A DNA stretch of 63,493 nucleotides, filler included. It is 3 parts of 3 records of this genome, joined end to end, with 100 filler letters (N's around TTAATTAATTAA, not from the genome) between each part and the next. Parts side by side here need not be neighbours in the genome. Positions count along the whole stretch, not along the records: positions 1 to 24,024 come from SRR20825006_132; positions 24,125 to 50,199 come from SRR20825006_133; 1 more part is not named here. The stretch is one strand, 5' to 3'. A program made the translations under genes and the position numbers. This document shows, in pieces, positions 19,468 through 29,030 of the stretch. The notes beneath the pieces were generated by a model that saw only the letters and a list, made by a program, of their open reading frames with translations, had not been told where the DNA came from and ran no database searches. Positions within the stretch are counted from its first letter, which is position 1. The number at the start of each line of letters is the position of its first letter.

Positions 19468-21462
19468 CTATAGCAAATCTTCATCTACAAAATTTGGAAG
19501 TGTTACTTTTAAATTAGGCTCAGCATTCATTGCTCGTTTTATTGCAAAAACAGCTTCTTCATTTCTTGCCCAGCTTCTTCTAGCTATTCCATTATTTACA
19601 TCCCAAAATAACATAGATTGTAAACGTTTATCTGCTTCTATAGTACCATCAAGAATCATACCAAAACCTCCATTTATAACTTCTCCCCATCCAACGCCAC
19701 CACCGTTATGAATACTCACCCAGCTGGCACCTCTAAAACTATCACCAATTACATTATGAATAGCCATGTCTGCTGTAAAACTAGAACCATCATATATATT
19801 AGAGGTTTCTCTGTATGGAGAATCCGTTCCACTAACATCGTGATGATCTCTCCCTAAAATTACAAAACCTATTTCATTATTTGCTATTGCCTTGTTAAAA
19901 GCTTTGGCAATTTCTATTCTTCCTTCTGCATCTGCATATAAAATACGTGCTTGAGAACCAACTACAAGCTTATTTTCTTGAGCAGATTTAATCCATTTTA
20001 TATTATCCTCTAATTGTTTCTGAATTTCCTTTGGAGCTGTTGCTTTTATACGCTCCAGTACTTGACAAGCTATAGCATCTGTCTTTTTTAAATCTTGAGG
20101 ATCTCCACTAGCACACACCCATCTAAAAGGACCAAAACCATAATCAAAACACATAGGTCCCATAATATCTTGCACATAACTTGGGTATTTAAAATCGATA
20201 TTATTTTTTGCCATCACCGCTGCACCTGCACGTGAAGCCTCTAATAAAAAAGCATTTCCATAATCAAAAAAATACGTTCCTTTTTCTGCATGTCTGTTTA
20301 TAGCTGCTGCATGTCGGCATAAACTTTCTTGAACTTTAGCTTTAAAGGTTTCGGCATCATTTGCCATTAAGGATTGCGATTCTTCAAGAGATAATCCCAC
20401 AGGATAATACCCTCCAGCCCATGGATTGTGTAAAGAAGTTTGATCGGAACCTAAATCAATATAAATATTTTCTTTATCAAATTTCTCCCAAACATCTACT
20501 ACATTTCCTTGATAAGCTATGGAAACAGTTTGTTTTTGGACTTGTGCTTCCTTTACTCTTTTTGTTAATTCATCTAAATCAGAAATCACTTCATCTACCC
20601 ATCCTTGAGAATGCCTTGTCTCTGTTGCCTTCGGATTTACCTCTGCACAAACAGTTATACATCCTGCAATATTTCCTGCTTTTGGCTGAGCTCCACTCAT
20701 TCCTCCCAAGCCAGAAGTTACAAAAACACCTCCCTTAGGGTCTTTCTTAATTTTTCTAAATCCGTTTAAAACCGTAATTGTTGTTCCATGAACAATTCCT
20801 TGCGGACCAATATACATATAACTTCCAGCAGTCATTTGTCCATATTGAGTAACTCCAAGCGCGTTAAATTTCTCCCAATCGTCTTGTGCTGAATAGTTTG
20901 GAATCATCATCCCGTTTGTTACCACCACTCTTGGCGCATTTTTATGTGACGGAAATAACCCCATTGGGTGCCCACTATACATTACCAAGGTTTGCTCATC
21001 ATTCATTTCGGCCAAATACTTCATCGTTAATCGGTATTGTGCCCAATTTTGAAAAACAGCTCCATTCCCTCCATAGGTAATCAACTCATGCGGATGCTGC
21101 GCCACTTTTGGATCAAGATTATTCATAATCATCAACATAATTGCAGCAGCATGTTTTGACTTTGCTGGATATTGATCAATAGGACGTGCATACATTTTAT
21201 AATCTGGACGAAGTCGATACATGTATATACGACCGTAAGCTTCTAACTCTTCTTTAAATTCTGGAAGTAATTCTGCATGAAACTTCTTATCAAAATATCG
21301 TAATGCATTTTTAAGGGCTAATTTCTTTTCTTCTGAAGTTAAAATATTCTTTCGCTTTGGAGCGTGATTCACATTTTTATCATATTCCTTTTTAACAGGA
21401 AGCACCTCTGGAATCCCAACTAAAATTTCGTTTTCAAAAGTATTTTGGGTATCAATCATCAA
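19468..21462 (-). CDS. hutU: Urocanate hydratase (long type)
   Basis: NNLDPKVAQHPHELITYGG, GQMTAGS, GLGGMSGAQ, GRDHHD and HNGGGVGWG motifs. Confidence 0.97.
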   Translation of the reverse strand: MMIDTQNTFENEILVGIPEVLPVKKEYDKNVNHAPKRKNILTSEEKKLALKNALRYFDKKFHAELLPEFKEELEAYGRIYMYRLRPDYKMYARPIDQYPAKSKHAAAIMLMIMNNLDPKVAQHPHELITYGGNGAVFQNWAQYRLTMKYLAEMNDEQTLVMYSGHPMGLFPSHKNAPRVVVTNGMMIPNYSAQDDWEKFNALGVTQYGQMTAGSYMYIGPQGIVHGTTITVLNGFRKIKKDPKGGVFVTSGLGGMSGAQPKAGNIAGCITVCAEVNPKATETRHSQGWVDEVISDLDELTKRVKEAQVQKQTVSIAYQGNVVDVWEKFDKENIYIDLGSDQTSLHNPWAGGYYPVGLSLEESQSLMANDAETFKAKVQESLCRHAAAINRHAEKGTYFFDYGNAFLLEASRAGAAVMAKNNIDFKYPSYVQDIMGPMCFDYGFGPFRWVCASGDPQDLKKTDAIACQVLERIKATAPKEIQKQLEDNIKWIKSAQENKLVVGSQARILYADAEGRIEIAKAFNKAIANNEIGFVILGRDHHDVSGTDSPYRETSNIYDGSSFTADMAIHNVIGDSFRGASWVSIHNGGGVGWGEVINGGFGMILDGTIEADKRLQSMLFWDVNNGIARRSWARNEEAVFAIKRAMNAEPNLKVTLPNFVDEDLL

Positions 21463-21495
21463 TCTATTTTTTATAAAATTGAAATTTTCAATTCG

Positions 21496-21648
21496 TTATC
21501 TTCTATTCTTTTTAAAACCATACGGACAATGCCTACATCCATTCTCACAACAATATCCTCTCTTTAAATGATATTGTTCTGTAAAAACCCGATAGCCCTC
21601 AGGCGACAAATAATAATCGCCTTCTTCAGGCTTTAAAATTTTTTTCAT
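21496..21648 (-). CDS. DUF5522 family small Cys-rich protein, 50 aa (not in ORF track)
   Basis: Manual translation MKKILKPEEGDYYLSPEGYRVFTEQYHLKRGYCCENGCRHCPYGFKKNRR*. Confidence 0.88.
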   Translation of the reverse strand: MKKILKPEEGDYYLSPEGYRVFTEQYHLKRGYCCENGCRHCPYGFKKNRR

Positions 21649-21744
21649 CTATTGTACTATTCTCAAAAAAAGTTATAAAAATTATGCTTTTCTTAAATTA
21701 AGATTAAAAATAACCGTTATAAATTTTTATAACAGCAAATCCTA

Positions 21745-21762
21745 TTATCTTTACAAAGATAA
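21745..21762. promoter_or_regulatory. Adjacent opposite-strand -7 promoter boxes forming a palindrome
   Basis: TTATCTTTACAAAGATAA = TATCTTTA (+) next to TATCTTTG (-), between divergent operons. Confidence 0.55.
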
Positions 21763-21794
21763 CAGAAAACTACAGCTCTACTAAAAGCTGCTTT

Positions 21795-22121
21795 ATGATT
21801 CTAATTTTTAAATACATTTTTCCTAAAAGATATGTTGGCCTTACACTTTGGCCTGTAATTATCTTAAAAGAAAATAGACTAAAAGAAGACGATGTGCTTA
21901 TTAACCATGAGCGAATTCACCTAAAGCAACAATTAGAATTATTTATTCTCCCTTTTTACATTTGGTATCTAATAGAATGGCTTATTGGCGTAATGCGATT
22001 TAGAAATTTTAATGAAGCTTACAGAAATATAAGTTTTGAAAAAGAAGCCTATCAAAATGAGCGAAACTTAAATTACATAAAAGAGCGACCATTTTGGGGC
22101 TTTTTAAGCTACCTATTTTAA
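21795..22121 (+). CDS. Conserved small membrane protein with HExxH motif
   Basis: LINHERIHLKQQ and ISFEKEAY motifs. Confidence 0.8.
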   Translation: MILIFKYIFPKRYVGLTLWPVIILKENRLKEDDVLINHERIHLKQQLELFILPFYIWYLIEWLIGVMRFRNFNEAYRNISFEKEAYQNERNLNYIKERPFWGFLSYLF

Positions 22122-22131
22122 ACGTTCCTCT

Positions 22132-22139
22132 TATCTTTG
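22132..22139 (+). promoter_or_regulatory. Bacteroidota -7 promoter box
   Basis: TATCTTTG about 22 nt before the TTG start at 22162. Confidence 0.55.
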
Positions 22140-22161
22140 AATTCTATAAAGAGAGATAGTT

Positions 22162-23058
22162 TTGCACAACCAAGAAATTGTTCTAGAAGAAACAAAAAAT
22201 GCCAACGTTCAACTTTTCATCAAACGTGAAGATTTAATCCATCCGTTTATTTCTGGAAACAAGTTTAGGAAATTAAAATACAATATTGCAGAAGCCAAAA
22301 GACTAAATCATGATACTTTATTAACTTTTGGAGGCGCCTATTCCAACCATATTGCTGCTACTGCATATGCTGGTTTTGAAAACAATCTAAAAACAATTGG
22401 AGTTATTAGAGGGGAAGAGCTTTTAGATAAAATTGAAGAAAATCCTACACTTTCTTTTGCCAAAAAACACGGAATGTCTTTCAAATTTGTAAGTCGATCC
22501 GACTACAGAAGGAAAGAGGAACCTGCTTTTATAGCATCTTTAAAAAACACCTACCACAATTCATTCATAATTCCAGAAGGAGGCACCAATGAACTTGCTG
22601 TTAAAGGTTGTGAAGAAATTTTGGAAAAAGAAGATTTTGATTTTGATTTCATTTGTGTAGCTGTAGGCACAGGAGGCACTATTTCAGGACTCATAAATTG
22701 TTCACAACTCCGTCAACAAGTTTTAGGGTTTCCCGCTTTGAAAGGCAATTTTTTACAAACAGAAATTTGTAAATTTGCACATCAAGTTAATTGGAATTTA
22801 CATACAGATTATCATTTTGGCGGGTACGCAAAAGCTGACAAAGAATTAGTAAATTTCTTAAATTGCTTTAAAGAAAAAACAGACATTCCTTTAGACCCAG
22901 TTTACACTGGAAAAATGATGTTTGGAATACTAGACTTGATAAAAAAAGGTTATTTTAAAGAGAATACAAAAATTTTAGCGATTCATACCGGAGGTCTACA
23001 AGGTATTTCTGGAATGAATATTCGCTTAAAACAAAAGAATTTACCCCTTATAAAATGA
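22162..23058 (+). CDS. ACC deaminase / D-cysteine desulfhydrase family PLP enzyme
   Basis: KREDL..SGNKFRKL, FGGAYSNH, GTGGT, DPVYTGK and HTGG motifs. Confidence 0.92.
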   Translation: MHNQEIVLEETKNANVQLFIKREDLIHPFISGNKFRKLKYNIAEAKRLNHDTLLTFGGAYSNHIAATAYAGFENNLKTIGVIRGEELLDKIEENPTLSFAKKHGMSFKFVSRSDYRRKEEPAFIASLKNTYHNSFIIPEGGTNELAVKGCEEILEKEDFDFDFICVAVGTGGTISGLINCSQLRQQVLGFPALKGNFLQTEICKFAHQVNWNLHTDYHFGGYAKADKELVNFLNCFKEKTDIPLDPVYTGKMMFGILDLIKKGYFKENTKILAIHTGGLQGISGMNIRLKQKNLPLIK

Positions 23059-23879
23059 TTATAAAACGGCTTATTTATACTTTTCTTATACTACTTTTAG
23101 TAAGTTGTGGTGCTAAAAAAAAGGCTTCTTCGTCTAAAAAAAATTCTAGAAAGTATCCTACTACAAATACACGGACTACGCATAACAAAAATGATATTGA
23201 AACAAACAATAATAGAACTACCGAAACTTTAGAATCTACTTCCAGAACTACAGTTTATACAGCTACTGTAGAGGAATATATTGATGTTTTTAGTCCGATT
23301 GCTGAACGCCAAATGCAAAGTCACGGAATTCCAGCTAGTATAATTTTAGCGCAAGGAATTTTAGAAAGTGGCGCAGGAAAAGGAGAATTGGTTAGAAAAG
23401 CAAATAATCATTTTGGGATAAAATGCCATACTGGATGGACTGGAGAAAGAGCGTACCATGATGATGATGCCAAAGGCGAATGTTTTAGAAAATATAGATA
23501 CCCAGAGCTTTCCTATGAAGACCATTCGGAATTCCTAACCACCAGAAGTAGGTATGCTTTTTTATTCGATTTAGATAAAGACGATTACCGTGGATGGGCA
23601 AAAGGACTTAGAAGTGCAGGTTATGCAACCGATAGACGGTATCCAGATAAATTAATAAGTTTAATAGAAAAATATCAACTTTACAGATATGATGCAGCGG
23701 TTTTAGGTACAAATCCTGCTAGAAGAAAGCAAGTAGCAGAACAAACGTATCGCGTTTCTAAAGGAGACACCCTGTATTCCATTTCAAAACGCTATAATGT
23801 TTCTGTAGATGCTATAAAACGAAAAAACGGATTAAGAAATAATAATATTAAAATTGGACAGATATTATATCTAAATTAA
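23055..23879 (+). CDS. GH73 glucosaminidase lipoprotein with C-terminal LysM
   Basis: Lipobox LVSC; AQGILESG, NNHFGIKC and GYATD motifs; LysM YRVSKGDTLYSIS. Confidence 0.93.
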   Translation: MIIKRLIYTFLILLLVSCGAKKKASSSKKNSRKYPTTNTRTTHNKNDIETNNNRTTETLESTSRTTVYTATVEEYIDVFSPIAERQMQSHGIPASIILAQGILESGAGKGELVRKANNHFGIKCHTGWTGERAYHDDDAKGECFRKYRYPELSYEDHSEFLTTRSRYAFLFDLDKDDYRGWAKGLRSAGYATDRRYPDKLISLIEKYQLYRYDAAVLGTNPARRKQVAEQTYRVSKGDTLYSISKRYNVSVDAIKRKNGLRNNNIKIGQILYLN

Positions 23880-23975
23880 ACTACATCGGGGCAAGCCCGA
23901 GGTAGTCAAACGAAACAAATTTAACTCATTTCGACGCAATGCGTCGGTAAAATTAAACCCTCTATAAGGGATTAA
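23879..23975 (+). repeat. Dispersed three-hairpin element, copy 3 (best preserved)
   Basis: ACTACATCGGGGCAAGCCCGAGGTAGT; TCGACGCAATGCGTCGG; AAACCCTCTATAAGGGATTAA. Confidence 0.85.
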
Positions 23976-23985
23976 AATAAAAAAC

Positions 23986-24024
23986 ATGGAATATAAAAGA
24001 AGTAGTGCCCTTTTTGCTGAAGCC
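23986..24024 (+). CDS. hemL: 5' fragment of glutamate-1-semialdehyde 2,1-aminomutase, cut by the contig end
   Basis: MEYKRSSALFAEA resembles the flavobacterial HemL N-terminus; this gene order is one I recall as typical; only 13 codons visible. Confidence 0.65.
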
Positions 24025-24124
24025 NNNNNNNNNNNNNNNNNNNNNNNNNNNNNNNNNNNNNNNNNNNNTTAATTAATTAANNNNNNNNNNNNNNNNNNNN
24101 NNNNNNNNNNNNNNNNNNNNNNNN
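24025..24124. other. Artificial contig-joining spacer
   Basis: 44 N + TTAATTAATTAA (stops in all six frames) + 44 N. Confidence 0.98.
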
Positions 24125-24159
24125 CGGAGATTACGGGATTGCTTATCAGATTACTTTGA

Positions 24160-24195
24160 AGATTCTTCATCCCGAGGCATCTGGATAAGAATGAC
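24160..24195. repeat. REP-like palindromic element (AGATTCTTC...AGAATGAC)
   Basis: Same end pattern as 62044-62072. Confidence 0.5.
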
Positions 24196-24235
24196 TGGCC
24201 GCGCTGTTTTGGCTTTGGAGGTGATATATGAGAAT

Positions 24236-24277
24236 TTCTAAAATCTAAATACTCAATACTTAGTACTAAATACTAAA
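24236..24277. repeat. Degenerate heptamer tandem repeat (TACTAAA-like) x6
   Basis: TTCTAAA ATCTAAA TACTCAA TACTTAG TACTAAA TACTAAA. Confidence 0.7.
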
Positions 24278-24282
24278 CCCCC

Positions 24283-24879
24283 TCAAAGCAAAAATTCTGT
24301 TTCTTTCTTTAGCGCTTTTTGGAGGAGCTTTTCGTAGTCGGAGGCATCAACTTCAGTGCAACCAAAACCGCCTAAATGATCGGTATAGAATTGGGTATCC
24401 CAAAGTATGAATTTGTTGTTCTGTAAGATTTGATGACAGTAGTACAGCGCAATTTTATCAGCTTCGGATTTGGTTTTAAACATACTTTCTCCAAAAAAAG
24501 CGGCTTTTACATGCACACCATAAAGTCCGCCCACCAGTTCATTCTTTGCATCATACACTTCTACGCTATGTGCATGCCCCATTTGATTTAAGATATCGTA
24601 GGAGTTGATGATGAGGTCGTTAATCCAAGTCGACTCTCGCTGTGCACACGCTTCAACAACGGCGCGGAATTGTGTATCGATTTTAACGTGGAATTTCTTC
24701 TGCCTAATTAGTTGACGTAAGTTTTTGGAAGCATGAAATCCATCTATAGGAATAACTCCTCGTTTCGAAGCCGTGTACCATTCCACACTTTCATCTTCTC
24801 GAGAATCTGCCATTGGGAAAATCCCTTGGCTGTAAGCTTCTAGTAATGCTTCTGGAGAAATTATCTTCACGTCGTCCAT
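24283..24879 (-). CDS. aat: Leucyl/phenylalanyl-tRNA--protein transferase
   Basis: LLEAYSQGIFPMA, TWI, AHSVEV, LVGGLYGV, FFGESMF and DTQ..TDHL motifs. Confidence 0.95.
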   Translation of the reverse strand: MDDVKIISPEALLEAYSQGIFPMADSREDESVEWYTASKRGVIPIDGFHASKNLRQLIRQKKFHVKIDTQFRAVVEACAQRESTWINDLIINSYDILNQMGHAHSVEVYDAKNELVGGLYGVHVKAAFFGESMFKTKSEADKIALYYCHQILQNNKFILWDTQFYTDHLGGFGCTEVDASDYEKLLQKALKKETEFLL

Positions 24880-24889
24880 TTCAGAAAAT

Positions 24890-24915
24890 AAAGGCTGAGT
24901 AATTACTCAGCCTTT
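24890..24915 (-). terminator. Perfect palindrome, likely terminator of the metalloprotease gene
   Basis: AAAGGCTGAGTAATTACTCAGCCTTT, with a T-rich tail on the minus strand. Confidence 0.7.
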
Positions 24916-24932
24916 AACTTATATACGTTGAT

Positions 24933-27344
24933 TTAAAACTCGCAATAAAACATAGGTGCAGTTCCGATAGGCGAACCTGGAGGCGCTGGCAATTCTCGAG
25001 GAATATCGAATTCTTTTGGCGCTTTAAAGTAGGTTTCTATCATGTCGGATAGTTGCATGGCCATTGGCTCATCTCTTTCACTTAGCATTTCACTAATCGC
25101 AGATAGTTTTTTATACACCACTGCTTTAGTAACAGGATTTGCTTGGCTAGAAGCGTGCAATTGAATCAAGTTCATCACAACAACAAAATTCACGGTTTGT
25201 TGAATGGAACCGTAGTAATCGTCTCCGCCACGCATTGTTACTGTTTTGCGAATAACTCGGTCAATTACTTCGCTTAGGCTTGGCCCTTCATTTCTAGCGC
25301 CGTATTCAACTAATCTATTTGCTCTTTGGGGATTTAGAATCAAGCTAATTGGTAAATCTGCGGCGGTTTGTGCAATTCCCAAAGCATCTAAACTCGGGCC
25401 TGTATTTCCATTAAAAAGCTCTCTAGATGATGCAATTCCTGCTGGGCGAGGTGGAATCAAATTCAACACACTTTCAGGAAGAGCCAACACTTCTGGAGAT
25501 ATTGTCGCCAATAAAGCATCCAAAGCTTTTAGTTGATCGGCTTCTGCCACCACTTTAGGGGTTGCTTGGTTATCACCTCTCAATTTATAGCTATAATCTA
25601 AACCGCCAATCAACTTTACGGTTCCCTCCACTTGGTAGCGGTGAAAAAAGTAGACCGGAACTAACACATCTTCAAGCTCAGACATTGAAGTACCCATCGG
25701 GATTGCTGATTCGTCGAAGTTTTTGAGGGCTAACTTACGAACGTCTAAAACTTTTTGGAGCTGAGTGAGAGGATCTGCACCGAAGTCCCACAGATGAGCG
25801 TAAGGATGCGCCCCGCCTTGCGGACGAGCATCGCTATCAGAAATATACTTTAGCCCGTTAGATGTCGCATTTTCTAGAATTTTATTGAGCTCAACTTTTT
25901 CGTCTACACCTTTTGGGAAATCTTGGTATCCGAATGCGATAGTTACATTGTCCCACTCTCCCATTCCAACATCATAAGCATCAGAAATATCAATTTTTCC
26001 ATTTTTGATGGAAACTTTAGGATGAGGGTAATCCATTACAGACGCATCATTTGTTACGCTGGCGGCAAAATTATGGAAAATACCGAGTGTGTGTCCCACT
26101 TCGTGAGCTGAAAGTTGTCTAATTCTAGCCAACGCCATTTCTAACATTCTAGGATCGGTTTCGTTTCCGTTTTCGAATGGCGCCAATAAACCTTGAGCAA
26201 TCATATAATCTTGGCGAACACGAAGCGAACCAAGTAGCACATTTCCTTTTATAATTTCACCTGTTCTTGGATCGGTAACAGAGCCGCCATACGACCAGCC
26301 ACGTGTTGAGCGATGAACCCAGTTTATTACGTTATACCGAATATCAAGCGGATGAGCGTCATCTGGCAATACTTTTACCTGAAATGCATCTTTGTAACCT
26401 GCAGCTTCAAAAGCTTCATTCCACCAACGTGCACCATCTAACAAAGCGCTGCGAACGGGTTCTGGTGTTCCATTATCCAAATAATACACAATAGGCTCAA
26501 CAGCTTCGCTTACTTCGGCCTCAGGATTTTTTTTCTGAAGGCGATGACGATTTATAAACCGCTTGGTCATTGGTGTGCCAATTGGCGTTGAGTAATCTTT
26601 GTAAGAAGTGGCATAAAATCCACCGCGAGGGTCAAATTCACGAGTTTCAAATTTATCATCAGGAAGTTCTACAAAAGAATGATGTTGGCGAACGGTAATA
26701 GCCGTTGGATCTGGAACTACGGAACGAACTTCTCTACCAGGATTGCTTCCTGTAAAAGTAAGCATGGTTTCGAATTCTGTATTTTTTGGGAAATTGAATG
26801 TCCCTTCTTTGTACAGCGAAGAGCGACTTTTGTCGAGGTTGTAATTTCCTTGGTTCATTCCTTTAAGACGACCGATAACATTATGAGCATCGCGCATTAA
26901 GTAAGGCGTTAAATCGATTAAGTATGAGCCATTTTCTTCGGCTTCAATCTTAAAACCAAAAAGTATGGATGAGGCGAAGGCTTCTTTAACCGATTTTTTT
27001 TCGAGTGCGTTATCCGATTTTGCGATGTAATCGAGGTTTGGCTGAACCATCATCAACTTTTGACCACGTTTCTCGAAATAAACAATACGATCGCCACCTT
27101 GTTGACTTCTATCTAAACCAATATCGTTTGAACCAACTCCTGCTGCTAGGTAATTCACATAAAGAAATTCGGAGTTCAGTTTATCTACTTTAAGCCAAAT
27201 TTGGTCTTTGTCTTCATCGAAATAATAGTCGAAAAGTCCCTTTTCCGGGCTTAGGCCTTTCGTTTTTTCCTTGATAGTAGGTAGTTGTGCTAAAGCAGGA
27301 ATCGTAAAAAGCAGTAGCGCTAAAATCGAAAATATTCGTTTCAT
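24933..27344 (-). CDS. Secreted zinc-dependent metalloprotease (DUF5117/DUF4953, Met-zincin)
   Basis: Signal peptide; DPRTGEI, AHEVGHTLGIFHNF and Met-turn ASVMDY. Confidence 0.9.
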   Translation of the reverse strand: MKRIFSILALLLFTIPALAQLPTIKEKTKGLSPEKGLFDYYFDEDKDQIWLKVDKLNSEFLYVNYLAAGVGSNDIGLDRSQQGGDRIVYFEKRGQKLMMVQPNLDYIAKSDNALEKKSVKEAFASSILFGFKIEAEENGSYLIDLTPYLMRDAHNVIGRLKGMNQGNYNLDKSRSSLYKEGTFNFPKNTEFETMLTFTGSNPGREVRSVVPDPTAITVRQHHSFVELPDDKFETREFDPRGGFYATSYKDYSTPIGTPMTKRFINRHRLQKKNPEAEVSEAVEPIVYYLDNGTPEPVRSALLDGARWWNEAFEAAGYKDAFQVKVLPDDAHPLDIRYNVINWVHRSTRGWSYGGSVTDPRTGEIIKGNVLLGSLRVRQDYMIAQGLLAPFENGNETDPRMLEMALARIRQLSAHEVGHTLGIFHNFAASVTNDASVMDYPHPKVSIKNGKIDISDAYDVGMGEWDNVTIAFGYQDFPKGVDEKVELNKILENATSNGLKYISDSDARPQGGAHPYAHLWDFGADPLTQLQKVLDVRKLALKNFDESAIPMGTSMSELEDVLVPVYFFHRYQVEGTVKLIGGLDYSYKLRGDNQATPKVVAEADQLKALDALLATISPEVLALPESVLNLIPPRPAGIASSRELFNGNTGPSLDALGIAQTAADLPISLILNPQRANRLVEYGARNEGPSLSEVIDRVIRKTVTMRGGDDYYGSIQQTVNFVVVMNLIQLHASSQANPVTKAVVYKKLSAISEMLSERDEPMAMQLSDMIETYFKAPKEFDIPRELPAPPGSPIGTAPMFYCEF

Positions 27345-27569
27345 AAGTAATCGGATTTGTTAAAGAAATCAGACCACTAAGAAAACGGTTTTTTCTGGGA
27401 TTTAAAATCCCTAAATAAGCTTTTTACAGAATCGTGAAAGCTTAAGGCTTCAAGAGATGAAAAGCGCAAGCGAGATGCTTGCTCCATTTTATACTCGTTG
27501 CGCTACTAAGCAACGCAACGAGGTTAACAGATTGGCTTGTTAACTATTCGAAAAACGAAGAATCTGTCT

Positions 27570-29030
27570 TTACAGGATTTCTTTCTTTTCCATTCTGTTG
27601 AAATAGTCCCGAGTCGCTTCCATCACTTTGGGTGAGAGAATAATTGCAACCGTCATAGTTGGGATCGCCATTATCGCGAACATGCCATCAATCAAGTTAA
27701 TCATAGCAGAAATACTAGTTACAGCACCTAATAAAATGGAGCCTACGTAGTAATAATTGTAGGTATGCTGTTTTTCTGCGCCGGCAAGAAAACCGAGACA
27801 TTTTGTGCCATAATATGAATATGCAAACAATGAACTAGTTGCAAAGATGAACACACATATCATCAGTAAATAAATACCAACTGGTCCTAAGGCTTCAGAA
27901 AATGCAGATGCAGTTAATGAAATTCCGTTCTGGTCGCCACTTTTCCAAACATCAGTTACTAAAATTGCTAAAGCGGTCATAGTACAAACAACGATGGTAT
28001 CGATGAAGGGCCCAAGCATTGCTACTAAGCCTTCACGCACAGGTTCTTTTGTTTTAGCTGCGCCATGAGCTAATGTTGCGGTACCAATACCTGCTTCATT
28101 CGAAAATGCGGCTCTTCGTACACCAGCAATTATGATAGCACCTACGGCACCACCAAGCGCGGCCTCAGCTGTGAAAGCATCGTAAATAATCAGCCATAAA
28201 TACTCGCCGAGTACATCAAAGTGAATTCCTAGAATAGTAAGTACAGAACCCACATATAAAACAACCATTGCTGGAACCATTTTACTGGCCACTTTTCCAA
28301 TTCTTTTAATTCCGCCAAAAATCACAGCTCCTACCATAACTAGAATAAATAGACCAGTAATTAAGTTGGATGCGAATAATATCTTAGACTCTGGGAAGGT
28401 GAATCCTTCGTAATTAGTTACTAAAAAGTCTGGTACATTTGCAGCAAATGCCGCAATCCAATTAGGCGTGCTATCTAGCAATCCATTTGGGATTAGAATT
28501 ATATCTCTAATTGCTTGTGTAAGCTGATTAGCTTGAAATAATGGAAGTGCTCCAAAGAGTCCCGCAATAGCAAAAAGCACAGCTAAGGGTTTCCATTTTT
28601 TACCAAGACCTTCTGTAATCATATACATGGTTCCTCCTTGAACATCGCCTTTAGAATCTGTTCCGCGATACATAATGGAAAGTGTACAAGTAAAATATTT
28701 GGTAGCAATTCCCACAATAGCGCTCATCCACATCCAAAAAACGGCGCCAGGGCCACCCATTGCTATTGCAACAGCTACGCCACTAATATTACCTAACCCA
28801 ACTGTTGCGGCTAGTGCGCTTGATAGTGCTTCAAAGTGATTTATATCGCCAGGCGCGTTGGGGTCGTCGTATTTACCACGAAGTATGCTAACTGCGTGCC
28901 CAAAATAGCGATATGGGATGAAGCGTGAGTAGAACATAAAATAAAGCCCGCCACCTACAAGAAGTAATACGAGCGGAGTTCCCCACATGAACGATGAAAA
29001 AGAAGCCAGAATGTTTTCTAAAGTTTCCAG
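27570..29030 (-). CDS. Alanine/glycine:cation symporter (AGCS, AlsT family)
   Basis: ATVGLGNISGVA, GGPGAVFWMW, FSNEAGIG and FIDTIVVCT motifs; N-terminus extended to an in-frame CTG at 29030 (ORF track start 28988). Confidence 0.9.
   Translation of the reverse strand: METLENILASFSSFMWGTPLVLLLVGGGLYFMFYSRFIPYRYFGHAVSILRGKYDDPNAPGDINHFEALSSALAATVGLGNISGVAVAIAMGGPGAVFWMWMSAIVGIATKYFTCTLSIMYRGTDSKGDVQGGTMYMITEGLGKKWKPLAVLFAIAGLFGALPLFQANQLTQAIRDIILIPNGLLDSTPNWIAAFAANVPDFLVTNYEGFTFPESKILFASNLITGLFILVMVGAVIFGGIKRIGKVASKMVPAMVVLYVGSVLTILGIHFDVLGEYLWLIIYDAFTAEAALGGAVGAIIIAGVRRAAFSNEAGIGTATLAHGAAKTKEPVREGLVAMLGPFIDTIVVCTMTALAILVTDVWKSGDQNGISLTASAFSEALGPVGIYLLMICVFIFATSSLFAYSYYGTKCLGFLAGAEKQHTYNYYYVGSILLGAVTSISAMINLIDGMFAIMAIPTMTVAIILSPKVMEATRDYFNRMEKKEIL

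Noticed and set aside
24069-24080. TTAATTAATTAA palindrome inside N-runs (also 50244-50255)
   Set aside because: Identical synthetic six-frame-stop linker; not biological.
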